DNA of 64,000 nt, taken from NCBI GenBank assembly GCA_003559575.1, contig PWKZ01000147.1, positions 35,471 to 99,470 of the forward strand, in the 5' to 3' direction. Position numbers and translations under genes: made by a program. Below, piece by piece: positions 45,882 to 55,256 of the stretch. The stretch is from Bradymonadales bacterium (GTDB taxonomy: Bacteria > Myxococcota_A > UBA9042 > PWKZ01). The notes beneath the pieces are model-generated. The model was not told the DNA's origin, ran no database searches, and saw only the letters and a program-made list of their open reading frames with translations. Each line of letters begins with the position of its first letter. The first letter of the stretch is position 1.

Positions 45882-47336
45882 TCAGAGGTAGGGCGCGAAG
45901 AGACGGCAGAAGCCGTCTCGGAGCCTCACGGGGACAGAGCGACCGTCGACCTCGGCCTTGCTCAAGAGTCTCGACTCATTCGCCCGGTGGTCGAAATACT
46001 CCGCCATCCGCGCCGCGAGGCCGCGGCCGTATGCCTCGACGTTGAGTTCGAAATTGAGCCGCAGACTCCGCGGGTCCCAGTTGGCCGACCCGAGAAAGAC
46101 CCAGGTCTCGTCGACCACCATCAGCTTCGTATGCTCGAACGGCGGCGGCGACAGATGGATCCTGCATCCCCCCGCCAACACCTGCCAGAGCTGAGCGGTG
46201 CTCGCCCACTGAACGGCCCGCAGGTTGCCGTCAGAGGGGAGGATGACATCCACCTGGACCCCCCTCATCGAGGCCAGGCACAGCTCGCTTATCAATGTCT
46301 GATCCGGCAGGAAATAGGGGGTCATCACCCGCACTGAACGCCGTGCCGCCGACAACGCCCCGAACAATATCCAGCGCAGCTTGTCCGGATTGCCGTCGGG
46401 CCCGTCGACCACCGCGCGCGCCACCACCGGCCCGCTCCCCTCGGCGAGATCGATTGCAAGCCAGTCGGCTCCCTCGAGCCTCTCGCCCGTGGTGAAGGCC
46501 CAATCCTCGATGAAAGCGATCTGCAACTGGGAGACCACCGGCCCCTCGATTCGAAAGTGCACGTCGAGGGTGGGTCTCTTGGGATTTTTCGAGAGCCAGT
46601 GGTCGACGCGGATATTCATCCCCCCTGTGAAAGCGATGCGTCCGTCGACAACCAAGCACTTGCGGTGGTTGCGGAGATTCAAATAGGGCATGCGCCACGG
46701 CAGAAGAGTCGGCAGGAAACGCGCGGCTTCGATCCCGGCGCGGCGCATCAGGGTTATCATCGTGGGAAACGAGTAGCGTGAGCCCACCGAGTCGACGAGC
46801 ACACGAACCGCGACGCCTCTCGCGTGGGCGCTCTTCAGGGCCTCCAGAAATGCGGCGCCGGCCTCATCGTTGTCGAAGATGTAGCTGCAAAGCGTGATCG
46901 AACGTTTGGCGCCGTCGATCATTTCGAGCATGGCGGGATAGGCCTCATCCCCGCCGAACAAAGGATCGACTCGATTGCCGCGGGTCAGCGGATGCCTCGT
47001 GATCTCATCGGCCACCCGAACCAGATCGAAGAGGTGCCGGTCGCTGTCCCCAATCACCTCGTCCAACCCCGGGAAGTTGCTCTCGCGGGGGTCCCGCGGC
47101 GCCCGGAGCGTCGGTCGATGAGCCAAGAGCGCCTCGGCGCGCCGCTCGATGCGATTAATCCCCAGGAAAAGATAGAGCAGCGCCCCGACCACCGGGGCGA
47201 GCCAGATCAAGGCGAACCACCCGGACGCGGAGCGCATATCGCGCTTGAAGAGGATCGCATGCCCCGAAGCCACTAGCGAGATTAGAATAGTCAGTGCTCC
47301 GGCCAGATGCGGCCAGATGACGCTCAGGACTTCCAT
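45882..47336 (-). CDS. cls: Cardiolipin synthase (two HKD motifs, PLD superfamily)
   Basis: Two N-terminal TMs; first PLD/HKD region (HRKCLVVDGRIAFTGGMNI); second HKD (HTKLMVVDETWVFLGSANWDPRSLRLNFELNV). Confidence 0.8.
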   Translation of the reverse strand: MEVLSVIWPHLAGALTILISLVASGHAILFKRDMRSASGWFALIWLAPVVGALLYLFLGINRIERRAEALLAHRPTLRAPRDPRESNFPGLDEVIGDSDRHLFDLVRVADEITRHPLTRGNRVDPLFGGDEAYPAMLEMIDGAKRSITLCSYIFDNDEAGAAFLEALKSAHARGVAVRVLVDSVGSRYSFPTMITLMRRAGIEAARFLPTLLPWRMPYLNLRNHRKCLVVDGRIAFTGGMNIRVDHWLSKNPKRPTLDVHFRIEGPVVSQLQIAFIEDWAFTTGERLEGADWLAIDLAEGSGPVVARAVVDGPDGNPDKLRWILFGALSAARRSVRVMTPYFLPDQTLISELCLASMRGVQVDVILPSDGNLRAVQWASTAQLWQVLAGGCRIHLSPPPFEHTKLMVVDETWVFLGSANWDPRSLRLNFELNVEAYGRGLAARMAEYFDHRANESRLLSKAEVDGRSVPVRLRDGFCRLFAPYL

Positions 47337-47566
47337 GTCTCGTTCCTCGGGGGCCGCACGGAGTACATTTCTTTGAATGACACCGGCGAAGCGGTGAAGC
47401 GACTTGACGCTACGCTACCACGTCCGGCGTGGGCAGCGCGAGTTTGGCGAACTTGCAAAGGGAATATTCTTGAGGCCGCCCGGCCTGCGGATTGGGCCCC
47501 CTCGCGGTCGAGCGAGCGCCGGCAGAGCGGGTAATGAGAGGCAACTAGATGCGGTTGCGCTGCCTG

Positions 47567-48010
47567 TTATTGGAATAGCAACAGAGCGGAGAGCGCGAAG
47601 CCGAGGATGGCGTAGAATTCGGGGAAGACCGCCAACAGCAACACCTGGCCCATCGGCATACGGCCCTGGTTGATGGACTTGATGCCCGCGGCGCAGACCT
47701 GCCCCTGGAACCAACCGGAGAACAGGCACGAGAGCCCGGTGACGAGCCCCGAGGCGAAAACGATCAAGAAGCGCGGCTCGTCCCCCCCAAGCTCCTGCAG
47801 GCAGAGGAAGCCGACCGCAAAGGCGTATAGCCCCTGCGTCCCCGGCAGCACCGAGACCGCGAGCCCCTGGGTCCGCCGTTCGTCAGACATTCCGGTGACG
47901 GCGCTCCCACCGAGGCTCAGCCCGATGGCCGAACCCGCGAGCCCGAGACCGAGCAGACCGATTCCCAAGTACGCCAAAAACTCAGCGACGTTCAGCCCAA
48001 TTTGTTCCAT
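47567..48010 (-). CDS. atpK: V/A-type ATPase proteolipid subunit K (4-TM c-subunit)
   Basis: Two Gly-rich helical hairpins. Conserved carboxylate in the last helix (AVFPEFYAILGF). Helix-2 motif LPGTQGLYAF and helix-3 Gln resemble the Na+-coordinating set of Enterococcus hirae NtpK. Confidence 0.75.
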   Translation of the reverse strand: MEQIGLNVAEFLAYLGIGLLGLGLAGSAIGLSLGGSAVTGMSDERRTQGLAVSVLPGTQGLYAFAVGFLCLQELGGDEPRFLIVFASGLVTGLSCLFSGWFQGQVCAAGIKSINQGRMPMGQVLLLAVFPEFYAILGFALSALLLFQ

Positions 48011-48016
48011 TTGCGC

Positions 48017-49858
48017 CTAGCCTCCCTTTGTAAACCTTGTGAGGGGACGGTACGACTCGCCGCCACCTTCGAAAAACTTGCCGAAGAACTCCAGGAACTG
48101 GAGCCGCGCGGGGTGGACAATGGAGCCGATGACCGCCATCGCGAAGTTGAACGTGTGACCCACGAGTAGAATCAGCAACGCCGCAACATACCCCACCACC
48201 GAACCCGACTCCGTCACGGTCCCGGCGATGATGTTGACCACCTGGGCGATAATCCCGGAGGACAACCCCAAACCAAAGATACGAGCATAAGACATCACGT
48301 CACCGAACAGTGAGGTGACGTTGTAGAGCCCCCAGGCCCCACCGCCAAGCCGCGAGACTACGCTCGGGCTCGGTGAGTTGAACAGCAGGATGGCGCCGAG
48401 CGACACGAGGAACAGCACCGAGGTGCCGGCCATGACCCAGATGGCGATCCCCGGAATCACCAGCAGCCACCCGACGCTCGCGATCGCGCGCTGGTAATTG
48501 CCACGCCTGAGGTTTTGGCTGAGCTGCAGGATCATCCCAAAGCTCAACTGGGCTACACCGAACAGGAGCGCCGCGTAGAAGAAGTTGGCCGGATCCTCAT
48601 TGAGCAGCGAGAGCGGCATGAGGGGCGCCAAGGCCGCGATCTCGTAAAGCTCGATCCCGAACAGGCTGCCGGTCAAGAAGCCCACCGCGACGGTGCACAG
48701 CCCGAGCACTTGAATCAGCCCGAGCGCCTTGCCCATCTCGCCGCCGCCGTCGGGCCCGCTCGCGAAGCGCCGCCGTGCCCAGGTGGCAATGGCAAAGAGG
48801 ATCAACCCGTAGCCGGTGTCGCCGAGACAGAAGCCGAAAAACAGCCCCATGAAGGGCGCAAAGAACAGCGTCGGATCGCCCTCGCGATAGTTGGGAAGCT
48901 GGAACGCCTTGAGCAGCGGCTCGAAGAAGCGCACGAGCGGTCCGTTCTTGAGTTCAATCGGCGGTTGGTCTTCCGGGCCGGGATCGTTGACTATCAGGCC
49001 ACCCCGGGCTTGCAGCACCGCCTCTTGCAGCGCCGCCACCCTGTCAGCGGGGCACCAGCCGGCCACCGTCGAGAGGTGCTCGTCGCCCTTGGCGCTCTCC
49101 CGCGCTTCGCTCAACGCCAACTTGTCGTTGAGCCGTGCCTCTTCGCGGTCGAACACATCGTTCAAGGCCGCGAGGCCCTGGAGTTTGCGCTCGACCTCGG
49201 CGATCGCCCGATCCGCTTCCTTGCGCTCGGCGATGACGGCTGAGAGGCCCTTCGGCGGCGCCTCGACACGCTCGCCGAGTGAATCGAGCGCGCGCCATAA
49301 CTCGTCCTGGTCGGCCCCGTTGCCCTCGTCGCGCTCGGAGTCGAGCCTGGCGGCCACCACTCCGGCACCCTGTTGCTCGCTCTCAAAGCGTGCCAGGAAG
49401 ACTCCCGGCGGCGGGGCGATCTCGACCAAATCTTTTTCTCGCTCGGGCCGCACTCGCCAAGCCTGCAATTTTACGCCGGCCTCGGCCAGGTGCTCCAGGT
49501 CGGCGCGCACCTTATCACCCCAGGGGTGCGCCGCCGCTTCTTCTTTGGCGAGAGTCGCGGCCTGCGAGAGCAGCTCCCCGCGGCGCGCAAGCGTGCCCTC
49601 GATGTCGGCCAGGAGCGCGGCGTCGTCGCGTGGCGGGGTGTCCGGCGGAGCCGTCCCCGCGATGTTGGCGAAACGCTTGAGAGCGCTCTTTTGCCGGCGC
49701 AACACGGACAAGCGGTTGGTGATCTCGGCCGGCGCTTCGATCTCGCCGGCGAGTGGTGTGAGATGCAGCGCACCAAGCTCCTGTAAGCGCTGCAAGAGAG
49801 TCTCTTGTGCATCGGCCGGCGCGACGATGGCCAGCCGCTTCATCGGAACGATGGCCAC
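48017..49858 (-). CDS. atpI: V/A-type ATPase subunit I (a-subunit)
   Basis: ~300-aa N-terminal cytoplasmic coiled-coil domain, then 7-8 TMs; 613 aa; located between atpD and atpK. Confidence 0.8.
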   Translation of the reverse strand: MAIVPMKRLAIVAPADAQETLLQRLQELGALHLTPLAGEIEAPAEITNRLSVLRRQKSALKRFANIAGTAPPDTPPRDDAALLADIEGTLARRGELLSQAATLAKEEAAAHPWGDKVRADLEHLAEAGVKLQAWRVRPEREKDLVEIAPPPGVFLARFESEQQGAGVVAARLDSERDEGNGADQDELWRALDSLGERVEAPPKGLSAVIAERKEADRAIAEVERKLQGLAALNDVFDREEARLNDKLALSEARESAKGDEHLSTVAGWCPADRVAALQEAVLQARGGLIVNDPGPEDQPPIELKNGPLVRFFEPLLKAFQLPNYREGDPTLFFAPFMGLFFGFCLGDTGYGLILFAIATWARRRFASGPDGGGEMGKALGLIQVLGLCTVAVGFLTGSLFGIELYEIAALAPLMPLSLLNEDPANFFYAALLFGVAQLSFGMILQLSQNLRRGNYQRAIASVGWLLVIPGIAIWVMAGTSVLFLVSLGAILLFNSPSPSVVSRLGGGAWGLYNVTSLFGDVMSYARIFGLGLSSGIIAQVVNIIAGTVTESGSVVGYVAALLILLVGHTFNFAMAVIGSIVHPARLQFLEFFGKFFEGGGESYRPLTRFTKGG

Positions 49859-49859
49859 A

Positions 49860-50516
49860 CTATCCTCCGGTGCTCGGTGTCGCGGATTGTTGGCTCGCCT
49901 GAGCCTCGGCCTCGGCCGCGCGAGTAAGCTTTGATTTGGCTGCTTTGGCCCGGCAAACCGCCGCGGTCTGCTGATCGCCCAGGTAGACCTTGATGCGCCG
50001 GATATTCTCGCGGCACTCGGGGATCAGGACCTTCTCGTAGAGGTTGATCCGCTGGGTCGTCTTGGTGAGTTGAATCTGGAGCGCCTCGCGCTGCTGTTCG
50101 AGCAACTCGAGCTCGGCCCGCGCGCTCTCGACCTGCCGCCACAACTCAATCGCGGTGTCCAGAAACGGGCTGGTGCCGAGGAGTGCATAGGGGACGGTCT
50201 CGAATCGCACCTCTTGAAACACCGGGACCCTGACCCCGGCCACGTTTCCATCGCGCGCCACGACCTCATCCACCATCACCAACTCGCGCGCGAGATCGGC
50301 CGTCCCGGCCAGCAACTGGGCATAGCCGGCCGCTCCCTCGAGGGTGCGATCCAGCTCGGCCTTGCGCTCGCGCATTCGCGCTTCCACCCGGCGCACCTCT
50401 GCCTGGAGTTGCTGCTTGCGCAGCTCCAACGTCGGCAAAAACTCCTCGTAGAGTTTCAGCGCCAGGTTTTGCTCGCGCAGGGTGTTCTTGTTGAGCTTGA
50501 TCTTGGTGGACGACAC
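49860..50516 (-). CDS. atpD: V/A-type ATPase subunit D (central stalk)
   Basis: MSSTKIKLNKNTLREQNLALKLYEEFLPTLELRKQQLQ is the conserved V-type D N-terminus; ~218 aa coiled-coil protein directly after atpB. Confidence 0.8.
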   Translation of the reverse strand: MSSTKIKLNKNTLREQNLALKLYEEFLPTLELRKQQLQAEVRRVEARMRERKAELDRTLEGAAGYAQLLAGTADLARELVMVDEVVARDGNVAGVRVPVFQEVRFETVPYALLGTSPFLDTAIELWRQVESARAELELLEQQREALQIQLTKTTQRINLYEKVLIPECRENIRRIKVYLGDQQTAAVCRAKAAKSKLTRAAEAEAQASQQSATPSTGG

Positions 50517-50519
50517 CGC

Positions 50520-51827
50520 TTACTCCGCCTTGGGCCAGTACTTCTCCAAAAGAGCCTTCTTGATGCCGACCTCTTCGGGCTCGAAACACTCGGCCATTGT
50601 CTTCCAACCGTTGTCGAGCGCCTTCTCGAGGGTCACATCCACCCGCAGGTCCATGAACCGGTCGACGAACAGATCGGCGTACTTCAAGTACTTCTCGTCC
50701 TGTTCGGTGACCTCGAAGCCCATGGCGAGCTTCTTCTTGGTCTCCTGGGCGCGGGCATACAGCCGGATCATGGAGTTCATCACCGCGCCGTGGTCTTCGC
50801 GGGTGACGCTGTCGATGACGAGCTGCTTCAACCGCGAGAGACTGCCGAACGGGTTGATCATGCCGGTGTCGAGATAGTACTGGCCCTCGGTGATGTAGCC
50901 CGTGTTGTCCGGCACCGGGTGGGTGACGTCGCCGCCCGGCATGGTGGTCACCGCCAGCACGGTGATCGATCCGGCGCCCTTGAAGTCGACCGCTTTCTCG
51001 TAGCGCGCCGCCAGATCGGAGTACAGGGAACCCGGGTAACCCAGGTTCGACGGCACTTGCTCCATGGCGACGTTGATCTCCTTGAGCGCGTCGGCGAAGG
51101 CGGTCATGTCGGTGAGTAGCACCAGCACCCGCTTGCCTTGGACGCCGAACTGCTCGGCCACCGCCAGCGCCAGATCAGGCACCAGCAAGCGCTCGACCAC
51201 CGGGTCGGCCGCAGTGTGGACGAACATCACTGTCCGGTCCATCACGCCGCCCTCTTCGAAGGTCTGGCGGAAGAAGATGTACTCGTCGAACTTCAGCCCG
51301 ATGCCGCCAAGCACGATGACGTCGGCCTGGGCCTGCAGCCCGACCCGCGCCAGCAGCTCGTTGTAGGGCTCGCCGGCCTGGGAAAAGATGGGGAGCTTCT
51401 GGCTCTCCACAAGCGGGTTGAAGACGTCGATCATCGGGATGCGAGTCTCGATGAAGTTGTGCGGCACGATCCGTTTCACCGGGTTGACCGATGGCCCGGC
51501 GATGTCCACTTGGCCGCTTTCGTCCATCGGCGGCTTGCCGTCCATCGGCACGCCGGAGCCGTTGAAGATGCGTCCCAAGAGCGCATCGGAGTGATGCACG
51601 GTCATCGGGTGGCCCAGGAAGCGCACCTTGGCCCCGTTGGACAGCCCCTTGGCGCCCGCGAAGACCTGCAGCGAGACCCGGTCGCCATCCATTCGGATGA
51701 CCTGCGCGAGTGAGGTCTCGCCGTTGTGGTTGGTCACCTGGGCCAGCTCGTTGAAGCTCACATCCTTGGCGTCAAGCTCGGCGATATCTCCGATAATGTT
51801 GGTGATCCGATTATACGCCTTGATCAT
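50520..51827 (-). CDS. atpB: V/A-type ATPase subunit B
   Basis: Start [18 protein letters not shown] (ATG on minus strand at 51825-51827, overlapping the atpA stop as ATGA). The track ORF extends 149 codons upstream through an R/P-rich frame. Non-catalytic nucleotide-binding fold typical of V-type B. Confidence 0.85.
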   Translation of the reverse strand: MIKAYNRITNIIGDIAELDAKDVSFNELAQVTNHNGETSLAQVIRMDGDRVSLQVFAGAKGLSNGAKVRFLGHPMTVHHSDALLGRIFNGSGVPMDGKPPMDESGQVDIAGPSVNPVKRIVPHNFIETRIPMIDVFNPLVESQKLPIFSQAGEPYNELLARVGLQAQADVIVLGGIGLKFDEYIFFRQTFEEGGVMDRTVMFVHTAADPVVERLLVPDLALAVAEQFGVQGKRVLVLLTDMTAFADALKEINVAMEQVPSNLGYPGSLYSDLAARYEKAVDFKGAGSITVLAVTTMPGGDVTHPVPDNTGYITEGQYYLDTGMINPFGSLSRLKQLVIDSVTREDHGAVMNSMIRLYARAQETKKKLAMGFEVTEQDEKYLKYADLFVDRFMDLRVDVTLEKALDNGWKTMAECFEPEEVGIKKALLEKYWPKAE

Positions 51828-53599
51828 GGGGCGACCCCCTCCGCCAGCAGATTCTCGATCTTGGTCTCGTACTGGGTGTAATCGGCGGAGTCCTCCGCGC
51901 AGTAGTTCTTCTGGTAGAAGGCATCTTGCAGTTTCGCGAAGAAGCGCCGCGCCTCGGGTTTGTCGGGGAAGGAGAATTTGGTCCTCAATGCGCGGACGAG
52001 CAGCTTGAAGTCGCGTAGTTGCCGTTTCATGGAGCAAGCCTGGTCGACGGCGTCGAACGCGTTCTGCTGCAAGTAGACCGCATCGAGCATGTCGCTTCGC
52101 AGGTAATCCAGGAGGTCGGCCTGGCTCACCCCCTCCTCGCCGACGACGGTCATCATGCGACCGACCTGGGAGCCACGGCGGAGCAGATCTTGGCACTCGA
52201 CCACCATCGGCACCCACTCGGGGTCGAGTTCGGCGTTGAGGCTCTTTTCCATCTGCTTCAGGTACAAGGACCACGAGTCGATGGGATCGATCGCGGGATA
52301 GCGTCGCTCGTCGGAGCGCTTGCGCGACAGGCCGTGGAACGCCGAGACGACTTTCAAGGTCCCCTGCGTGACCGGCTCCTCGAAGTTACCGCCGGCCGGC
52401 GAGACGGTCCCTATCAGAGTGACCGAGCCGGTCTCGTCGTTGGCGAGCCTGACCTGCCCACCGCGCTCATAGAAGCCGGCGATGCGGCTCTCGAGGTAGG
52501 CCGGGAAAGCCTCCTCGCCCGGGATCTCCTCGAGGCGGCCCGACATCTCGCGCATCGCCTGCGCCCAGCGAGAAGTGGAGTCGGCCAGAAGCAGAACGTT
52601 ACGGCCCATTTGCCGATAGTACTCGGCCAGGGTAACGCCGGTGTATACCGACGCGTCACGAGCCGCCACCGGCATCGAGGAGGTGTTGCAGATGATTATC
52701 GTGCGGTCCATCAGCGAACCGCCGGTCTTCGGGTCCTCGAGCTCCGGGAAGGTGATGATGGTCTCGACCACCTCGCCGGCGCGCTCTCCGCAGGCCACGA
52801 CGATCACGATGTCCACTTGCGCGTACTTCGCCAAAATGTGCTGCAGTACCGTCTTGCCGGCGCCGAACGGACCTGGAACGCACGCCACACCGCCACGCCC
52901 CACAGGGAAGAAGGTGTCGATGATGCGGCACTGGGTGACCATCATCTCCTGCGGATAGAGCCGCTCGGCGTAAGCCCTGATAGGCTTCTTGACCGGCCAG
53001 GTCTGGAGCATGGAGATGGGGATCTCGCGCCCGTTGCCATCTTCGAGCACCGCCACCGTGTCGCGGATGGTGTACTCGCCCTCCTCGACTATCGACTTGA
53101 CCGTGGCGGCTCCGAGCATATTGAGCGGCGCCATGATCTGGTGCGGGTAGTGCAGCTCCTGCACCCACCCGAGCCATGAGCCGGCCTGAACTCTGTCGCC
53201 CGGCTTGGCGGTGGGGTTAAAGAGCCAGCGCTTCTCCTGGTCGACAGCCGGCGGGTACTGGCCGCGCTTGAGGAAGAAGCCCTGTCGATTGTCGAGATGC
53301 TCGAGCGGGTTTTGTAGGCCGTCGTAGGTCATCCCGAGGAGGCCCGGCGCAAGCTCCACCGACAACAGTTCTCCTGAGAACTCCACGTCTTGACCGACGC
53401 GGACCCCTCGAGTGTCCTCAAAGACCTGGAGACTTGCTTGCCGGCCGCGGATCTTGATCACCTCGGCCTTGAGCCGCTCGTCGCCACAGTTCACAAAGGC
53501 GACTTCGTTTTGGATGAGCGACCCCTCGGAGACGTCCACGGAAACCATGTTCCCGTTGACGCCAGTAATTTTACCCCGGGTCGCGGGCGCCTGATTCAC
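51824..53599 (-). CDS. atpA: V/A-type ATPase catalytic subunit A
   Basis: Probable GTG start (..[22 protein letters not shown]) preceded by GGAGGT and overlapping the upstream stop. Walker A GPFGAGKT. Non-homologous insert region typical of A subunits. The track ORF extends to 53650. Confidence 0.85.
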   Translation of the reverse strand: MNQAPATRGKITGVNGNMVSVDVSEGSLIQNEVAFVNCGDERLKAEVIKIRGRQASLQVFEDTRGVRVGQDVEFSGELLSVELAPGLLGMTYDGLQNPLEHLDNRQGFFLKRGQYPPAVDQEKRWLFNPTAKPGDRVQAGSWLGWVQELHYPHQIMAPLNMLGAATVKSIVEEGEYTIRDTVAVLEDGNGREIPISMLQTWPVKKPIRAYAERLYPQEMMVTQCRIIDTFFPVGRGGVACVPGPFGAGKTVLQHILAKYAQVDIVIVVACGERAGEVVETIITFPELEDPKTGGSLMDRTIIICNTSSMPVAARDASVYTGVTLAEYYRQMGRNVLLLADSTSRWAQAMREMSGRLEEIPGEEAFPAYLESRIAGFYERGGQVRLANDETGSVTLIGTVSPAGGNFEEPVTQGTLKVVSAFHGLSRKRSDERRYPAIDPIDSWSLYLKQMEKSLNAELDPEWVPMVVECQDLLRRGSQVGRMMTVVGEEGVSQADLLDYLRSDMLDAVYLQQNAFDAVDQACSMKRQLRDFKLLVRALRTKFSFPDKPEARRFFAKLQDAFYQKNYCAEDSADYTQYETKIENLLAEGVAP

Positions 53600-54393
53600 G
53601 CGGATACCTCCAGCAATTCGTGCACGTTGACGGTTTCGGGGAGATCCCAACGGTCGAGCACCAGGCTGCCGGCCACGAGGGCCAACAAGGCGTCGCTGCC
53701 GAAGGGGTCACCCCCACTGAAATATTCGATGGCTTCAAGCTGCGCCGTATCGAGTAGGCGTTCCCGCTCCATCGGGTTGGCCTCTTCGGTGACGCGACTC
53801 AGAAGGCTGTCATGGATGGCTCCACCCAAGGGCTCCTCGGATTGCACCAGATCGGTGGTCTCCCAGCCAAGTCGGCCCGCTCGTTGACGAGCCAGGGCGT
53901 TCTTTAGCGGCGCCTCCCAGGCGGCAAAAGCCTCGAGAAACGCCGAGCCCTGCTCGTGGGCGAGAGCACTCAAGTACTCGAAATATGCCTTCCAGATGAG
54001 GTTGGGCCTGTAGTCGGGGCCACCGGCGCGCTCACCGCCGGAACCCCCGCGGCCGCTCGCGCCCAGGCCCTGGGAGTCGTCGCCGGAGACCACTCCTTCG
54101 AGGAAAGGTAACGCGGCCACTGCCGGCGAGGTCGTGCGGGCCCCGTCCTTGATGAGCGCGGCGATCTCTTCTCGCGAGAGCGCCCCGCGGGAGTCGAAGA
54201 GGCTCTCGCGCCCGGTCAGGATCGCCTCGATGTTGGCCACGTCGATGCGCGCCAACAGAGCGTCCACCAGCAAGCGGTCCCTGCCCTCGGCCTCGTTGCG
54301 GACCGCCTTGATCACGTCCCCAAGCGGCACGGCCGGCTTGGCGGGCGCCGTCGGTGGGGTCGGCAACTCTGTCATGAGCCGAAAATACTTCAA
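53596..54393 (-). CDS. Conserved hypothetical protein of E-X-A-B-D-I-K type V-ATPase operons (possible peripheral/C-subunit analogue)
   Basis: 265-aa acidic protein occupying the 'X' position between atpE and atpA, as in chlamydial and spirochaetal V-ATPase operons; no diagnostic motif recognised. Confidence 0.4.
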   Translation of the reverse strand: MKYFRLMTELPTPPTAPAKPAVPLGDVIKAVRNEAEGRDRLLVDALLARIDVANIEAILTGRESLFDSRGALSREEIAALIKDGARTTSPAVAALPFLEGVVSGDDSQGLGASGRGGSGGERAGGPDYRPNLIWKAYFEYLSALAHEQGSAFLEAFAAWEAPLKNALARQRAGRLGWETTDLVQSEEPLGGAIHDSLLSRVTEEANPMERERLLDTAQLEAIEYFSGGDPFGSDALLALVAGSLVLDRWDLPETVNVHELLEVSA

Positions 54394-54406
54394 CCTGCTC
54401 CCCGTC

Positions 54407-55027
54407 TCAGGACTTGTAAAACGCCTCGCGGAAACGAGGCGAGAGGAACTTCACGAGGATCTCGCGGAACCCGTCCTCGCTGAGGTCGAAGGAGAAGCCT
54501 CCCTCCTCGGGTCCAACGCGGAAGCCGAACGAGAGGGAGTCGTCGAACCGCACCTCAACACCCTTGGCGCCTCGCTCCATCAATTTGTTGAGGAAGGCGC
54601 CCGACAACTCCTCACGGCGATTCTCGGGGAGCGTCACCACCAAATCGCTTGCGCTCATCCCGGAGGCCACGAACCCCTTCACCATCTCGAGGATGGCCGT
54701 CTCGAGGAAGGTCGGACGGCCCGTCACGGTCCGTACCGCCTCGTTGACTTCCGGCACGAGGAAGCTGTTCTCGATGCTCTCGCGGAACGCCGTCAGCCCA
54801 ACCCGCGCGGCCTGCTTCATCTCGGCCTTCATGGCCGCCAGGGTCTTTTGCTTTTCAGCCTTGGCCTGCTCTTTGAGCGCTTCCGCTTGAGCACGAGCTT
54901 CGGCCACGATGCCCTCCGCGCGTGTTTTGGCCTCTTGGAGGAGTTGCTCGGCGGCCTCTTGACCGGCCTTGACGCCTCTCGTCTTTAGCTCTTCGACCAC
55001 CTGATCCAAGCCGTACTGTTGCATCAT
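54407..55027 (-). CDS. atpE: V/A-type ATPase subunit E (peripheral stalk)
   Basis: N-terminal long A/E/K-rich helix (LLQEAKTRAEGIVAEARAQAEALKEQAKAEKQKTLAAMKAEMKQAA), then globular C-terminal domain. Start chosen at MMQQYG; the ORF extends to 55078. Confidence 0.6.
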   Translation of the reverse strand: MMQQYGLDQVVEELKTRGVKAGQEAAEQLLQEAKTRAEGIVAEARAQAEALKEQAKAEKQKTLAAMKAEMKQAARVGLTAFRESIENSFLVPEVNEAVRTVTGRPTFLETAILEMVKGFVASGMSASDLVVTLPENRREELSGAFLNKLMERGAKGVEVRFDDSLSFGFRVGPEEGGFSFDLSEDGFREILVKFLSPRFREAFYKS

Positions 55028-55256
55028 GTTCACCTTCAGGTCCAAGCTCGCGGTCACCGCCGAACGCAGTCGCCTCATAACGCGCCAAACCTCGGGCGCG
55101 GCCCCTCAATAGGGTGAGCGTCCGCTCCGAGAAGGGGCGACCATAACCGAACCTTTTTGCTCAGGCAAGCCCTTTTGACAGTTTTTATGTCGATTTTTAT
55201 GCGGCGCGTCATTAGACGACTGGGAGTTGGTGTCGTGAAGCGGATCTTAGAACCCG

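Noticed and set aside
50520-52274. 584-aa extent of the atpB ORF
   Set aside because: The N-terminal 149 codons are R/P/G-rich and overlap the atpA coding region in another frame. The conserved V-type B N-terminus [11 protein letters not shown] with ATG overlapping the atpA stop gives the real start at 51827.
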